Positions 34,274-44,956 of a DNA stretch of 64,000 bases are shown here, in pieces. A program made the translations under genes and the position numbers. The stretch's first letter is position 1. Each line of letters opens with the position of its first letter. The notes beneath the pieces are model-generated. The model was not told the origin of the DNA, searched no databases, and saw only the letters and a list, made by a program, of their open reading frames with translations. The stretch is from an uncultured Gemmatimonadales bacterium (lineage in GTDB: Bacteria; Gemmatimonadota; Gemmatimonadetes; Gemmatimonadales; GWC2-71-9): NCBI GenBank assembly GCA_963844035.1, contig CAWJMT010000002.1:25780-89779 (forward strand). The letters are read 5' to 3'.

Positions 34274-35767
34274 GTGACCGCGTCCGTAGCTCCGTCCCCA
34301 CCAATGAGCCCGCGCGTTCGCACGCCGGGACGGCGCCTGGTCGTGCTCAGCTATCACTTTCCGCCCGACGGCACCGTCGGCGGATTGCGCTGGTCGGGTT
34401 TCACCAAGTACCTGAGCGCGATGGGGTGGACCTGCTGGGTGATCACCGCGGCTCCAGCTCCGGATCCCGGGACCTTGCCCGCGGGTGTCATCGTACGATC
34501 GTACCCCCGGCGCCGCACGCTGAATGATTTGTACAACTGGCTGCGGCGGCCTCGGGGCCAGCGAGAGGCAGCGTTGCGATCCGGCACGGACGAGGCGGCG
34601 CCGCCACCACCCAGGAAGCCGAATGTGCTTCGGGCGTGTATCGACCGGCTGCGGTTGGAAGTCTCCATGCTGCTGTTCCTCCCCGACGAGGGCCGCGGGT
34701 GGATGCTGCGCGCCGCCTGGCACGCGCGGCGGTTGATCGTGCAGGTGCGTCCCGATGCGATCGTGAGCAGTGGTCCGCCGCACTCAGCCCACGTCGCCGC
34801 TTGGCTGGCGACCCGGGGCACGCAAACGCGATGGCTTATGGATCTTCGGGATCCTTGGGTCAGCCCTATCCCCTCGTGGTGGAGCTCCCATGCGAAGAAC
34901 CAAAGCCACGTGACGAGGTGGTTGAACCACGCGCTGGAGCGCCTCGCCATCAAGTCCGCGAGCGGCGTGGTGTGCACCAACCCTGAGCTTGTCGAGGCGA
35001 TGGCGGTTCGGTATCCCGGCGCCACGTTCGACTGGGTATCGAACGGAGTGGATCGGGATCTCCTGCCTCCTCGCACGCAGGCCCGCTTTCCCGGCTTCGG
35101 GATCGTGTACGCGGGCTCTCTATATGGAGCACACGACCTCGGACCAGTGCTCACCGCCCTCCGAGCCTTCCTGGATCGCAATCCGCGCGCCGGGGAGCAG
35201 GGGACTACGCTGCGGCTCGCGGGAACGATCGAGCCGTCCCACGGCGAGCGGTTGCGGCGTCAGATTCGGGCGCTGCGTCTCGAGGCCCACGTGGAGTTTC
35301 TCGGCATCTTGAAGCGGGAGGCAGCGCTCCAGCTCGTCGCGCGGTCCCGGCTTGTGATTGTGTTGGCGCAGACCTTGGCGCACCAGGTGCCGGCGAAACT
35401 GTTCGAGTCCGTGGCCATGGAGATCCCGACCCTCGTCTTCTGTTCCGCCGGGAGCGCGGCGCACTCGGCCGCGGCGCGCGCGGGTGCTACTGCGGTGCGG
35501 TCGGAGGACCTTCAGCGGACCGTCCACGCGATGGAGGACGCCTGGTTGGGACGCACGCCGGTGCCTCAGCCCACGACGCCGATCGACCACGGTCAATTGG
35601 CAGCCCAGGTGGAGCAGCTGATCGCCCCGCACGGTCTGCGGACGACGGCCCTGGGTCTGAGATTGCGGGAGAGTGGTATCGCCGCATTCCGCCGTCGTCA
35701 GGTCGGCGTCGAGCGACCCCCGGAGCCGCCGGAAGGCGACACGGTGTGCTGTAGCAGGTCTACGTAG
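34274..35767 (+). CDS. glycosyltransferase family 4 (group 1); exact ends uncertain
   Basis: Intact ORF: RRLVVLSYHFPPDGTVGGLRW...; C-terminal GT1 fold (FGIVYAGSLYG...LRLAG...KLFESVAMEIPTLVF). Confidence 0.75.
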   Translation: MTASVAPSPPMSPRVRTPGRRLVVLSYHFPPDGTVGGLRWSGFTKYLSAMGWTCWVITAAPAPDPGTLPAGVIVRSYPRRRTLNDLYNWLRRPRGQREAALRSGTDEAAPPPPRKPNVLRACIDRLRLEVSMLLFLPDEGRGWMLRAAWHARRLIVQVRPDAIVSSGPPHSAHVAAWLATRGTQTRWLMDLRDPWVSPIPSWWSSHAKNQSHVTRWLNHALERLAIKSASGVVCTNPELVEAMAVRYPGATFDWVSNGVDRDLLPPRTQARFPGFGIVYAGSLYGAHDLGPVLTALRAFLDRNPRAGEQGTTLRLAGTIEPSHGERLRRQIRALRLEAHVEFLGILKREAALQLVARSRLVIVLAQTLAHQVPAKLFESVAMEIPTLVFCSAGSAAHSAAARAGATAVRSEDLQRTVHAMEDAWLGRTPVPQPTTPIDHGQLAAQVEQLIAPHGLRTTALGLRLRESGIAAFRRRQVGVERPPEPPEGDTVCCSRST

Positions 35768-36870
35768 ATGCTCGCGTAGTGCGCCACCATGTGCGAGATG
35801 TCGTACAGGGCGGCGGCGCGGGCGGCGGCCTGTGCGCCGAGCCGCTGCGCCGCTTCAGGGTCCTGGAGCAGGCGATCGAGGGCACCCGCCAGTGCCTCGG
35901 AATTGCCCGGCTCGACCAAGAGTCCCGCTGCGCCTTCGCCCAACGCCGTAGGTACCTCGCCGACCCTCGTGGCGATAATTGGGCGGCTCGCGAACATTGC
36001 TTCGAGGAGCGCGAGGGGCAGACCCTCGGACAACGACGGCATCACGAAAATGTCCGCGCTGCTCAGTAAGTTCGGGACATCAGCACGCAAACCCAGGAAG
36101 TGGACTCGGTCGGCGATGTGGTGCTCGCGCGCCCACGCTTGGAGCTCGTCCGCGAGCTCTCCGCGGCCCGCTAGCGCAAGGTGCACGTTGGGATACCGGT
36201 CGGACAGCGAGGCGAGCGCGGCGAGCAGCACGCGGTGGCCTTTGACGGGATAGAGATTGCCGACCGCGAGCAGGAGTCGTTGGTCGGGTGCGAGTCCCAG
36301 CTCCGCGCGCAGCGATGAGTCCGCGTGGGCGCGCGGTCGCACACCGTTTGCGACTACGGTGATACGAGAGAGGCGGACCCGGAGATCAGTGCTCAAGCTG
36401 CCGGCCAATCGCTGCGAGACGGCGACGAGGCTCCCGCTGGCCGCGACGGCCAGCCGCATCGCGAGTCGACGACGCAGCGCCGCGGCGTAGTAGCGGCTGC
36501 CATGCATGGTGATCACATGCGGGATACCCGCACGCCAGGACGCCCATGCGCCGTAAACGGCCATCGAGAATTCGTGGCTGTGGGCGATGGCCGCGCGGTG
36601 GCGTCGCAATGTCGCGGCAAGCCATTTCGCGCAGGTGGGGGACACCGGTCGCTCCAGCCGAAAATGCTCGACCACCACCCCCGTCCCGCTCAGCTCGCGC
36701 TCGAGCCAACCTTCCCCATTCGCGGGAAGAATCACCAGGTTCTCGGTTCCCGCGGCCTGGAGCCTGGTCGCGATGTTCGCCACCGTTCGCTCCGCGCCGC
36801 CTGGCCCGTCGGTCTCGATCAGATGCGCGATCGAGAGCCCGCGCAGCCGCTCGAGGGGCGCCGCCGTCAT
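35698..36870 (-). CDS. glycosyltransferase family 4
   Basis: Start MTAAPLERL at 36870 (ATGA overlap with the upstream gene). GGAERTV, LLAVGNLYPVKGH, VMPSLSEGLPLALLEAMFASRPIIATRVGEVP. Confidence 0.85.
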   Translation of the reverse strand: MTAAPLERLRGLSIAHLIETDGPGGAERTVANIATRLQAAGTENLVILPANGEGWLERELSGTGVVVEHFRLERPVSPTCAKWLAATLRRHRAAIAHSHEFSMAVYGAWASWRAGIPHVITMHGSRYYAAALRRRLAMRLAVAASGSLVAVSQRLAGSLSTDLRVRLSRITVVANGVRPRAHADSSLRAELGLAPDQRLLLAVGNLYPVKGHRVLLAALASLSDRYPNVHLALAGRGELADELQAWAREHHIADRVHFLGLRADVPNLLSSADIFVMPSLSEGLPLALLEAMFASRPIIATRVGEVPTALGEGAAGLLVEPGNSEALAGALDRLLQDPEAAQRLGAQAAARAAALYDISHMVAHYASIYVDLLQHTVSPSGGSGGRSTPT

Positions 36871-37783
36871 CCGCGGACCGCCCGGTGGGGGCTCCAACCT
36901 GCGATCCAGGTTTGGAATGCTGCGTCGGAAATGTGTGCGGGGATATTCACGCGCGGCGCGGCCCAGGGATCGGTCTCGTGAGTCGTCAGATGCGCATCCA
37001 GGGTCAACGCCATTGTGTAGCCCGCCGCGCGGGCGGCGTCGCGCACGCGCTGGTCCCACAATCCATATGGATAGGCGAAGAACTCCGCGAGGACGCCACT
37101 GCGGTCGGCGAGCGTCTCACGGCTGTCGACCATCTCGCTGCGCAGTTCCGCGTCATTCAAACGCGGCAGGGCGCGATGGGTAGCGGTGTGGACACCCAGA
37201 TCGAGGCCGCCACGAACCGCCTTGCGAATGACGTCCCAAGTGGCGGGCAGCGTCAAGGGTGGGCGGGAGGGGGCGGGCGTGACGCCGAGGTCCTGCAGGA
37301 TCAGCCGACCCGTCGCCACGCAGATCGCCGAGCCAGCGCGCGGACGATGGGCCGCCGGCCCGCCGGGCGGCGTCCGGGTGATCCCACCAAAAGGGCGCGG
37401 GGGCCGATGCGCGCGCTCCGTCGACCGACAAACACCGTGGCGGGCAGGCCGCAACTCCGCCAGGACGGGCCACGCGTATTCGAACACGCCGCGGTACGCG
37501 TCGTCGAAGGTGATGGCCGCCAGCCTCCGCAGCGACTTCCCGGCGCGCATCCGGGCGATCAATTCACGCAGCGGAACGACGGAGTAGCGCGCAGCGAGAC
37601 AACATCATCTGCTCCCGGAACCGGGACTGGGTGATGTGGAGCCCGGTGTTGGCTGAGCTCGGGCGGCTCCTCGGCAACGACGTTGTGATAGCACAGGACG
37701 ACCGCAGCGTTGCGAAACTGCCGAACGGCCGCGGGCAGGCCAAGGGCTCGCAGTCCGGCGTAGTATAAGGAAGCGGCGTTCAT
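36867..37783 (-). CDS. polysaccharide deacetylase (NodB homology); several frameshifts
   Basis: The N-terminus (MNAASLYYAGLRALG...VLCYHNV) is in ORF 37559..38695. ITFDDAYRGVFEYAWPVL and FAYPYGLWD are in ORF 36867..37562. Confidence 0.7.
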
Positions 37784-37867
37784 GCGAGAGAATCTACATT
37801 CAACTCGCGCCGGCTCGCGACGCGCGCCGGTGTGGCGGGAGACGTGCATGGCTGAGGGCTTGGGGAC

Positions 37868-39109
37868 GTGCCGATGAACGCTAGACCGCGGGTCATGGTG
37901 CTCTCGCAGTGTCTGCCGTATCCCCCGCAGAGCGGGGTTCGCACCCGGACGTTCAATATTCTTCGACAGCTCCAGCGCGAGTTCGACGTTACCGTGATCC
38001 CATTCTCTCGAGCCGTGCACCAGCCATCGGCTGCCGATCGGGAGGTTGGACGTGAAATGCTGGCGCGGGTGGTGACAGAGATCGCCGTTCCCGTGCCGAT
38101 CCCGAGCGAGCAGTCGGTAGCGCGGCGTGTGTGGGACCACCTGCGCAGCGTGCTGACGCACCGGCCGTACACCTCCTATGAGTACCGCAGTGGTGACTTC
38201 CGCCGGCAGCTGCGCGCGCTGCGGCGGCGCAGCCCACCGCAGCTGGTGCATCTGGACAGCTTCGATCTCACCGATTGGCTCGAGGAGCTGCCGGACGTTC
38301 CAGTGGCCTGTACCCACCACGACATCGAGCCGCTGTTGCTGAGGCTGCGGGCGACGCGGATGTCGCGGCTGGGAGTCGGTCCTTACTTGCGGCATCAAGC
38401 CGACCTGATGGAACAGCTCATGCGGGTGGCGTGTCCGGGATTCGATTTGAACGTCATGATGTCCGAATTGGACGCCGGCCGCCTCCGGGAAATCGCTCCG
38501 CAGTCGAAGACGCACGTGGCCCAGAACGGGGTGGACACGGATTACTTCCGTCCCATGCCGGAGGTACCGCCAATCCCGGGGCGTGTGCTGTTTCTCGGGC
38601 CCACGTATCAGTTCGCGAACCGGGACGCGGTCGAGCACCTGGTGGATGACATCCTCCCGGAGGTTCGATCCTGTTGCCCGACCGCGTCCGTCCAACTGGT
38701 GGGGCGGAACGCCGACGCGGACCGGAGGCGTTGGGAGAGCGTTGCGGGCGTCCGCTGCGCAGGGCAGGTGGAGGATGTGCGCCCGTTCCTGGCTGAGGCG
38801 CCATGCGTCGTCGTGCCCATTCGAGTGGGAGGCGGAACGCGTCTGAAGATCCTCGATGCCTGGGCGATGGGCAAAGCGGTGGTGTCAACCGCTACGGGGT
38901 GCGAGGGCCTGGATGTGGTGGATGGCGAGAACATTCTCATTCGCGACACTCCGCGATCATTCGCGGACGCCGTCTGCAACGTGCTGGAGGATCGCGCGCT
39001 ACGGGAGCGGCTGGGGTCGAATGCCCGCGCGACGGTGAGTGCGAAATACGCCTGGACCCGGGTGGGTCAGGAGCTGTGTGCCGCCTACCGGGGACTCGTG
39101 TCGGTCTGA
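37868..39109 (+). CDS. glycosyltransferase family 4 (resembles the PEP-CTERM/EpsH1-associated sugar transferase type)
   Basis: Intact 413 aa: RVMVLSQCLPYPPQSGVRTRTFNILRQL...; C-terminal VVPIRVGGGTRLKILDAWAMGKAVVST. Confidence 0.8.
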   Translation: MPMNARPRVMVLSQCLPYPPQSGVRTRTFNILRQLQREFDVTVIPFSRAVHQPSAADREVGREMLARVVTEIAVPVPIPSEQSVARRVWDHLRSVLTHRPYTSYEYRSGDFRRQLRALRRRSPPQLVHLDSFDLTDWLEELPDVPVACTHHDIEPLLLRLRATRMSRLGVGPYLRHQADLMEQLMRVACPGFDLNVMMSELDAGRLREIAPQSKTHVAQNGVDTDYFRPMPEVPPIPGRVLFLGPTYQFANRDAVEHLVDDILPEVRSCCPTASVQLVGRNADADRRRWESVAGVRCAGQVEDVRPFLAEAPCVVVPIRVGGGTRLKILDAWAMGKAVVSTATGCEGLDVVDGENILIRDTPRSFADAVCNVLEDRALRERLGSNARATVSAKYAWTRVGQELCAAYRGLVSV

Positions 39110-39250
39110 CGCAGTAGAAGTTTCCCACAGAAACGCTGTCCGTCGAGTTACCTCCTTACCATCGAACACTTTACACATTGCCATCGCGGCCGTGCTGTAG
39201 GTCACGGACCAGAAGCCCAGGCACGGCCATTTTTGGCCCGTCTTAAAGCA

Positions 39251-39340
39251 CGCTGCTCAGAGCAAAGCCGCTGAAAGGCGGTGACGCAGAGCCACGGGAC
39301 TACCGCGAGAGGCTTCGCCACGTCCGCCGGGCCGCCAGCG
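39251..39340 (+). promoter_or_regulatory. c-di-GMP-I (GEMM-I)-like riboswitch aptamer, copy 1
   Basis: CGCUGCUCAGAGCAAAGCCGCUGAAAGGCGGUGACGCAGAGCCACGGGACUACCGCGAG..UUCGCCACGUCCGCCGGGCCGCCAGCG. Has the GCAAA, GNRA-capped hairpin, GACGCAxAGCC, CGGG.CUA and GCCGGGCyGCC hallmarks. Confidence 0.75.
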
Positions 39341-39381
39341 ATCGACGAATGGGTCGACGTGGTGGGCCGGCGTTTTCATTT
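39327..39381 (+). terminator. intrinsic terminator/expression platform of riboswitch copy 1
   Basis: CCGGGCCGCCA (39327-37) pairs with UGGUGGGCCGG (39360-70) and is followed by CGUUUUCAUUU. The 5-prime arm overlaps the aptamer 3-prime end. Confidence 0.6.
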
Positions 39382-39401
39382 ATGGAGGGCGGAGCTAGAC
39401 G

Positions 39402-41908
39402 ATGACGTTCAAGTACAAGCTGTCGTGCCGCCTGGCTCTGCTCAGAGATGCCGCTGCCGCTGCTCGCGGCGGCCGCCCTGGTCGCATGCGAGATCCCCGT
39501 CGTCAGCAGTGATCCAGCTGTCTCAGTCGTCCAAGTCGTCGTCGTCCCCGAAAGCCTCAGTCTCGACGCAGCTCAACAACAGAAGTTCGCAGCCTATGGC
39601 CGTTCCGCGAGCGGTGACAGCTCCGCCGTCACCGTGACCTGGAGTGCGACCGGGGGCAGCATTACGTCCGACGGGATGTTCGCCGCCGACACGGCCGCCG
39701 GGGACTTCCTGGTGTCGGCGACCAACGCCGCGCTCAAGCTCTCGGGCTCGTCGCGGGTGCGCATCCGGCCGCGTCCGGTCGCGTCGGTGGCCGTGACGCC
39801 GGCATCGGCGAGTGTGGTGTGGCGCAGACGATCCAGCTCGCCGCCACCCCGCGCGATGCGAACGGCAACGACGCTGTCGGGCCGGGTGGTGACGTGGGGG
39901 AGCAGCAACGCGGCCGTCGCGACGGTGAGCGCGAGTGGGCTCGTGACCGGCGTCGCGGCCGGTGCGGCGACGATTACCGCCACGAGCGAGGGCAAGAGCG
40001 CCACGTGCGGCGGTGACGGTCACGCCGGCGCCGGTGGCGTCGGTGACCGTGAGCCCGACACTGGCAAGCGTGCCGGTGGGGCAGACGGTGCAGCTCACCG
40101 CGACGCCGCGGGATGCGAACGGGAACGCCCTGACGGGGCGGGTCGTGAGCTGGGCGAGCAACAACACGGGGGTGGCGACGGTGAGCGGGAGCGGGCTCGT
40201 GACCCCGGTCGCGGCCGGCTCGGCGATCATCACGGCGACGAGCGAGGGCAAGAACGGCACGGCCGGGATCACGGTGACGCTGACGCCGGCGGCCGTGGCG
40301 TCGGTGAGCGTGAGTCCGGCGTCGGCGAATGTGATCGCGGGGCAGACCGTGCAGCTCACCGCGACGCCGCGGGATGCGAGCGGCAACGCGCTGTCGGGCG
40401 CGTCGTGACCTGGAGCAGCAGCAACAGCGCCGTGGCGACGGTGAGTGGCAGCGGGCTCGTGACGGGCGTGGGCGCCGGGTCCGGCGACGATCACGGCGAC
40501 GAGCGAGGGTCAGAGCGGCACGGCGGCGATCACCGTGCGCCGGCGCCAGCGCCGGTGGCGTCGGTGAGCGTGAGTCCGGCGCCCGGCGAGCGTGACGGCC
40601 GGGCAGACGGTGCAGCTCACGGCGACGCCGCGGGATGCGAGCGGCAATGCCCTCACGGGACGCGTCGTGACGTGGGGCAGCAGCAACACGCGCTGTCGCG
40701 ACGGTGAACGGCAGCGGGCTGGTGAGCGGCGTCGCGGCCGGGTCGGCGACGATCACCGCGACGAGCGAGGGAAAGAGCGGCACGTCCCTGGTGACCGTGA
40801 CTCCGGTGCCGGTGGCGACGGTGAGCGTCAGCCCGGCCGCGCCGAGCGTGGCGGCGGGGCAAACGGTGCAGCTCACCGCGACGCCGCGGGACGCGAACGG
40901 GAACGCGCTCGACGGGCGGGTCGTGACCTGGGGGAGCAGCAACACGGCGCGTCGCTACGGTGAACGGCACGGGGCTTGTGACGGGGGTCGCGGCGGGGTC
41001 GGCGACGGTGACCGCTACCAGTGAAGGCAAGAGTGGCAGCGCCGCCGTGACGGTGACGGCGACGTCGGGTGGCGGGACCGTGCTGTTCGAGGAGCACTTC
41101 GAGGACAACTCGTTCGCGTCGCGCGGCTGGTATGACAACACCAGCCCGCCCACCACGACCGCGGAGCACGCGCCCGGCAGCAGTACGCGCGCCTTGCAGC
41201 TGCACTTCACCCAAGGCGCCACGACTGCGGTGTCCGGTGGCTCGGCGCGGCATTTGTTCACCGCCTCGTCCACGGTCTACATCAGTTATTGGGTGAAATA
41301 CAGCACCAACTGGGTCGGCTCGGGCGAGGCGTATCACCCGCACGAGATCATGCTCCTGAGCGATCAGGACGGGGCCTATGACGGTCCGTCGACCAGCTGG
41401 CTCGCCGCCTATGTCGAGCACAACTACCAGAACGGCGGCATTCCGCGCCTGGCGTTGCAAGACAGCAAGGCCATCAACACGATCCTTCGGCACGCCGCCG
41501 TTCAACTTGAGCGGCGTTACCGAAAACCGCTCGACCTGCGGCTGCAACGGCGTCGTGGAACCGAACGTCGTCACGAGCTGCTTCAGCTTTCCGCCCTGGT
41601 ACAACGACAAAGAGATCATCTCGCCGACGAAGATTGCGCCGACGGCGTGGCGGAATCAGTGGATCCACGTGGAGGCCTACTTCCAGCTGAACTCGGTCGT
41701 CGGCGGCATCGGCGTGCCCGACGGCGTGATGCAGTACTGGTTCAACGGGACGCTGATGATCGACCGGCACGACATCCTGATGCGCACCGGCGCGCGCCCG
41801 ACCCTGAAGTTCAACCAGTTCCTGATCGCGGCGTACATCGGCGACGGGTCGCCGGTGGACCAGTACATGTGGATTGACGACCTCACGGTGGCCACGGCGA
41901 AGCCGTAG
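39402..41908 (+). CDS. lipoprotein with about 6 Big_2 (bacterial Ig-like) repeats and a C-terminal jelly-roll polysaccharide-lyase-like domain (type A); at least 10 apparent frameshifts
   Basis: MTFKYKLSCRLALLR... then ...LVACEIP lipobox. Repeats follow the pattern VSPAsAsV.aGQTVQLTATPRDAnGNALtGRVVTWgSSNtaVATVsgSGLVTGVAAGSATITATSEGKSGTAaVTV. The C-terminus runs LFEEHFEDNSFASRGWYDN...YHPHEIMLLSDQDG...WIHVEAYFQLNS...QYWFNGTLMIDRHD...WIDDLTVA. Confidence 0.75.
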
Positions 41909-41955
41909 CCGGAGGTCGGAAAGAGCAGGACGCAGGCGACAACTGATTCGACATA

Positions 41956-42045
41956 CGCTGCTCAGAGCAAAACCGCCGAAAGGCGGTGACGCAGAGCCAC
42001 GGGACTACGGCGAGTTCGCTCGCTACGTCCGCCGGGCCGCCAGCG
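41956..42045 (+). promoter_or_regulatory. c-di-GMP-I (GEMM-I)-like riboswitch aptamer, copy 2
   Basis: CGCUGCUCAGAGCAAAACCGCCGAAAGGCGGUGACGCAGAGCCACGGGACUACGGCGAGUUCGCUCGCUACGUCCGCCGGGCCGCCAGCG. Confidence 0.75.
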
Positions 42046-42083
42046 ATCCCCCGGGGTCGATACTGGCGGCCCGTTCGTTTTGG
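42034..42083 (+). terminator. intrinsic terminator/expression platform of riboswitch copy 2
   Basis: GGGCCGCCAG (42034-43) is perfectly complementary to CUGGCGGCCC (42063-72) and is followed by GUUCGUUUUGG. Confidence 0.65.
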
Positions 42084-42115
42084 CCGAACTGAAGCGAGAG
42101 GGAGAGACGAGTTTC

Positions 42116-44714
42116 ATGACATTCCTGCACAAGCTGGCACAGCGCCTGGCTCGACTGAAGACGGCCCTCATCGTGGGTGTCGTCGCGGCGATCGCGTGCG
42201 AGATACCGTTGCCGGTGGACCCATCAGGCACCATCGCGATGCTACTCGTCTCGCCCAAGGCGGTGACCACCCGCGCCGGGCAGATGGCGGATTTCGTGGT
42301 CGTCGGTCTGACCACCAGCGGTGACACGGCCAGCGTCCCCGTGACCTGGAGTGTCACCGGGGGGACGATGGTCGACACGAGCACGCAACGGCGGCAAGCA
42401 CTTCGGCAAGTACAAGGCGCCAATGTCCCCAGGGCGTTACAAGGTCGTGGCCCAGTCCGGCGGCGTCGCGGACTCCGCAGTCGTCGACGTGAGCGCTGTG
42501 CCCGTGGCGACGGTGAGCGTCAGTCCCGCGTCGGCCAGTGCGACGGTGGGACAGACGGTGCAGTTGACGGCGACGACGCGCGACTCCACCGGTGCCTCGC
42601 TGAGCGGCCGAATTGTGACGTGGGCGAGCAGCAACTCCGGTGTGGCGACGGTGAGCGCCAGCGGGTTGGTGACCGGCGTCGCGGCCGGCGCAGCGACGAT
42701 TACCGCCACGAGCGAGGGCAAGAGCGGAACCGCGGCGGTGACCATCACGCCGCCGCCGGTGGCGTCGGTGATCGTGAGCCCGGCGGCCGTGAGCGCCGCC
42801 CTAGGCCAGACGGCCCAGTTCACGGTCACGGCTGGAAGATGCGAGCGGGAACGTCCTGACGGGGCGGGCGGTGAGCTGGACGAGCAGCAACACGGGGGTG
42901 GCGACGGTGAGCGGTAGCGGGCTCGTGACCCCGGTCGCGGCCGGCTTGGCGATCATCACGGCGACGAGCGAGGGCAAGAACGGCACGGCGGGGATCACGG
43001 TGACGCTGACGCCGGCGGCGGTGGCGTCGGTGAGCGTGAGCCCGGCGTCCGCGAATGTGATCGCGGGGCAGACGCTGCAGCTCACCGCGACGGTGCGGGA
43101 TGCGAGCGGGAACGTGCTGCTAGGGCGCGTGGTGACGTGGGCCAGCGACGACGCCGGAACGGCGACGGTGAATGGCAGCGGGGTGGTGACGGGCGTTGAC
43201 GCGGGCACGGCGACGATTACGGCGACGAGCGAAGGCCAGAGCGGCTCGGCGGCCGTCACGGTCACCGTACCGGTGGCCACGGTGAGCGTGAGTCCCGCGT
43301 CCGCGAGCGTGATCGCGGGGCAGACGGTGCAGCTGACCGCGACGCCGCGCGATGCGAACGGGAACGTGCTGACGGGGCGCGTGGTGACGTGGGCCAGCAG
43401 CAACACCGGGCGGGCGACGGTGAATGGCAGTGGGCTCGTGACGGGCGTGAGCACCGGGACGGTGACGATCACGGCCACGAGCGAGGGGAAGAGCGGGACG
43501 GCGGCGCTGACGGTGACGCCGGTGCCAGTCGCCACCGTGACGGTCAGCCCGGCGACGCCCAGCGTGTCGGTCGGGCAGATGGTGCAGCTGACGGCCACGA
43601 CCAGGGATGGCAACGGCAACGTGTTGACCGGCCGCGTCATCACGTGGTCGAGCAACGCCCTTGGGACCGCCACGGTGAGCGGCAGCGGGCTGGTGACGGG
43701 TGTCGCTGCCGGCCCGGTCACGATCACGGCGACGAGTGAGGGGCAGAGTGGCTCGTCGGCCGTCACCGTCACGCCGCCGGCGCCCGTCGCCACGGTGAGC
43801 CTGAACCCGGCGACGCCCAGCGTGGCGGCGGGGCAGACGGTGCAGCTGACCGCGACACTCAGGGATGCCCTCGGCAACCCGCTGACCGGCCGCGTCATCA
43901 CGTGGTCGAGCAGCGCTGTGGGGACCGCGACGGTGAGCGGCAGCGGGTTGGTGACGGGCGTCGCCGTCGGGTTGGCGACGATCACGGCGACGAGCGAAGG
44001 CCGGAGCGGCACGGCCGCGGTGACGGTGGTGACCCCGCCGCCGCCCGGCACCACGTGGCCGAACGAGCCGGCGGGCTTTACGACCGTCACCGATTTCGGC
44101 TTCAACAATTTCAGCTCGGGCGGCTGGCAGACGAATTCCGGGCCGACCATCGCGACGGACTCAGTGCTCCGATCTCGCCGTCCACCGTCGCCCAGTGGTT
44201 CTATCGGCAGGGGTTTGGGGCCGGCGCATCGCCGGGCACGGTGTTTAACACCTCGTCGGTTGCGGGGGATCATTTCATCGGCTACGAGTTCAAGTACTCG
44301 AATCCCTACAGCAACCAGGCGGTGGGGACCAAGCAGTGGTATCCCTACAATCACGACCGCGGACTACTTCGTGCTCTTCAACAGTAGCTCGAAAATCCAG
44401 GTGGACCTGCAGGTGCCGGCGGCGCAGGGTGGGAGCTACAACCTGTACCGCCAATGTGAACGATCCGACGATCACGCTCGGCGTGTGGCACAAGTTTGAG
44501 ATGTACTTCAAGCGCTCGAGCAGTCCGACGACGGCGGATGGTATCGTGCGGTGGTGGATCGACGGGCAGCTGTGCGGCAACTACACGAACGTGAGGTGGC
44601 CGAGCACTGGGTTCGACGAATTGCGGTTCTGCGCCGACGTGGGGCGGGATCGGTGGCAGCGTGGCGTTCGACAGCTACTGGTGGGTCGATCACATCCACG
44701 TGAGCGAGCCGTAG
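42116..44714 (+). CDS. lipoprotein with about 7 Big_2 repeats and a C-terminal jelly-roll polysaccharide-lyase-like domain (type B); several frameshifts
   Basis: MTFLHKLAQRLARLK...AIACEIP lipobox. The 542-aa ORF 42871..44499 is almost all Big_2 repeats. The C-terminus runs WPNEPAGFTTVTDFGFNNFSSGGW...FKYSNPYSNQAVGTKQWYP...VWHKFEMYFKRSS..GIVRWWIDGQL...WVDHIHVSEP. Confidence 0.75.
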
Positions 44715-44956
44715 AGCTCCACCTGTGTGAGCCACCGCACACGGAAGACTGGTCAGACAAAAGCGCAAGTACACCAGAATGCAGCGAGCACAGGTGTAGC
44801 GCGTCGACGCAACTCTCGCTCTTGTCGACGGGTAGGTTGCACCACTTGTGCGGGTCACGAGCTCCTACTAGTCTGTCGTCCGTTGAATGTGCGCGGCAAT
44901 TTGTAGCCAGCACGCCTCGCGCGAAAATGGTTGTCGCACCCCGCTGAAACCAGCAC

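Noticed and set aside
39780-44030. Regularly spaced repeats that might be mistaken for a CRISPR array or a non-coding satellite
   Set aside because: The units are about 260 bp, contiguous with no spacers, and translate into Big_2 Ig-like domains.
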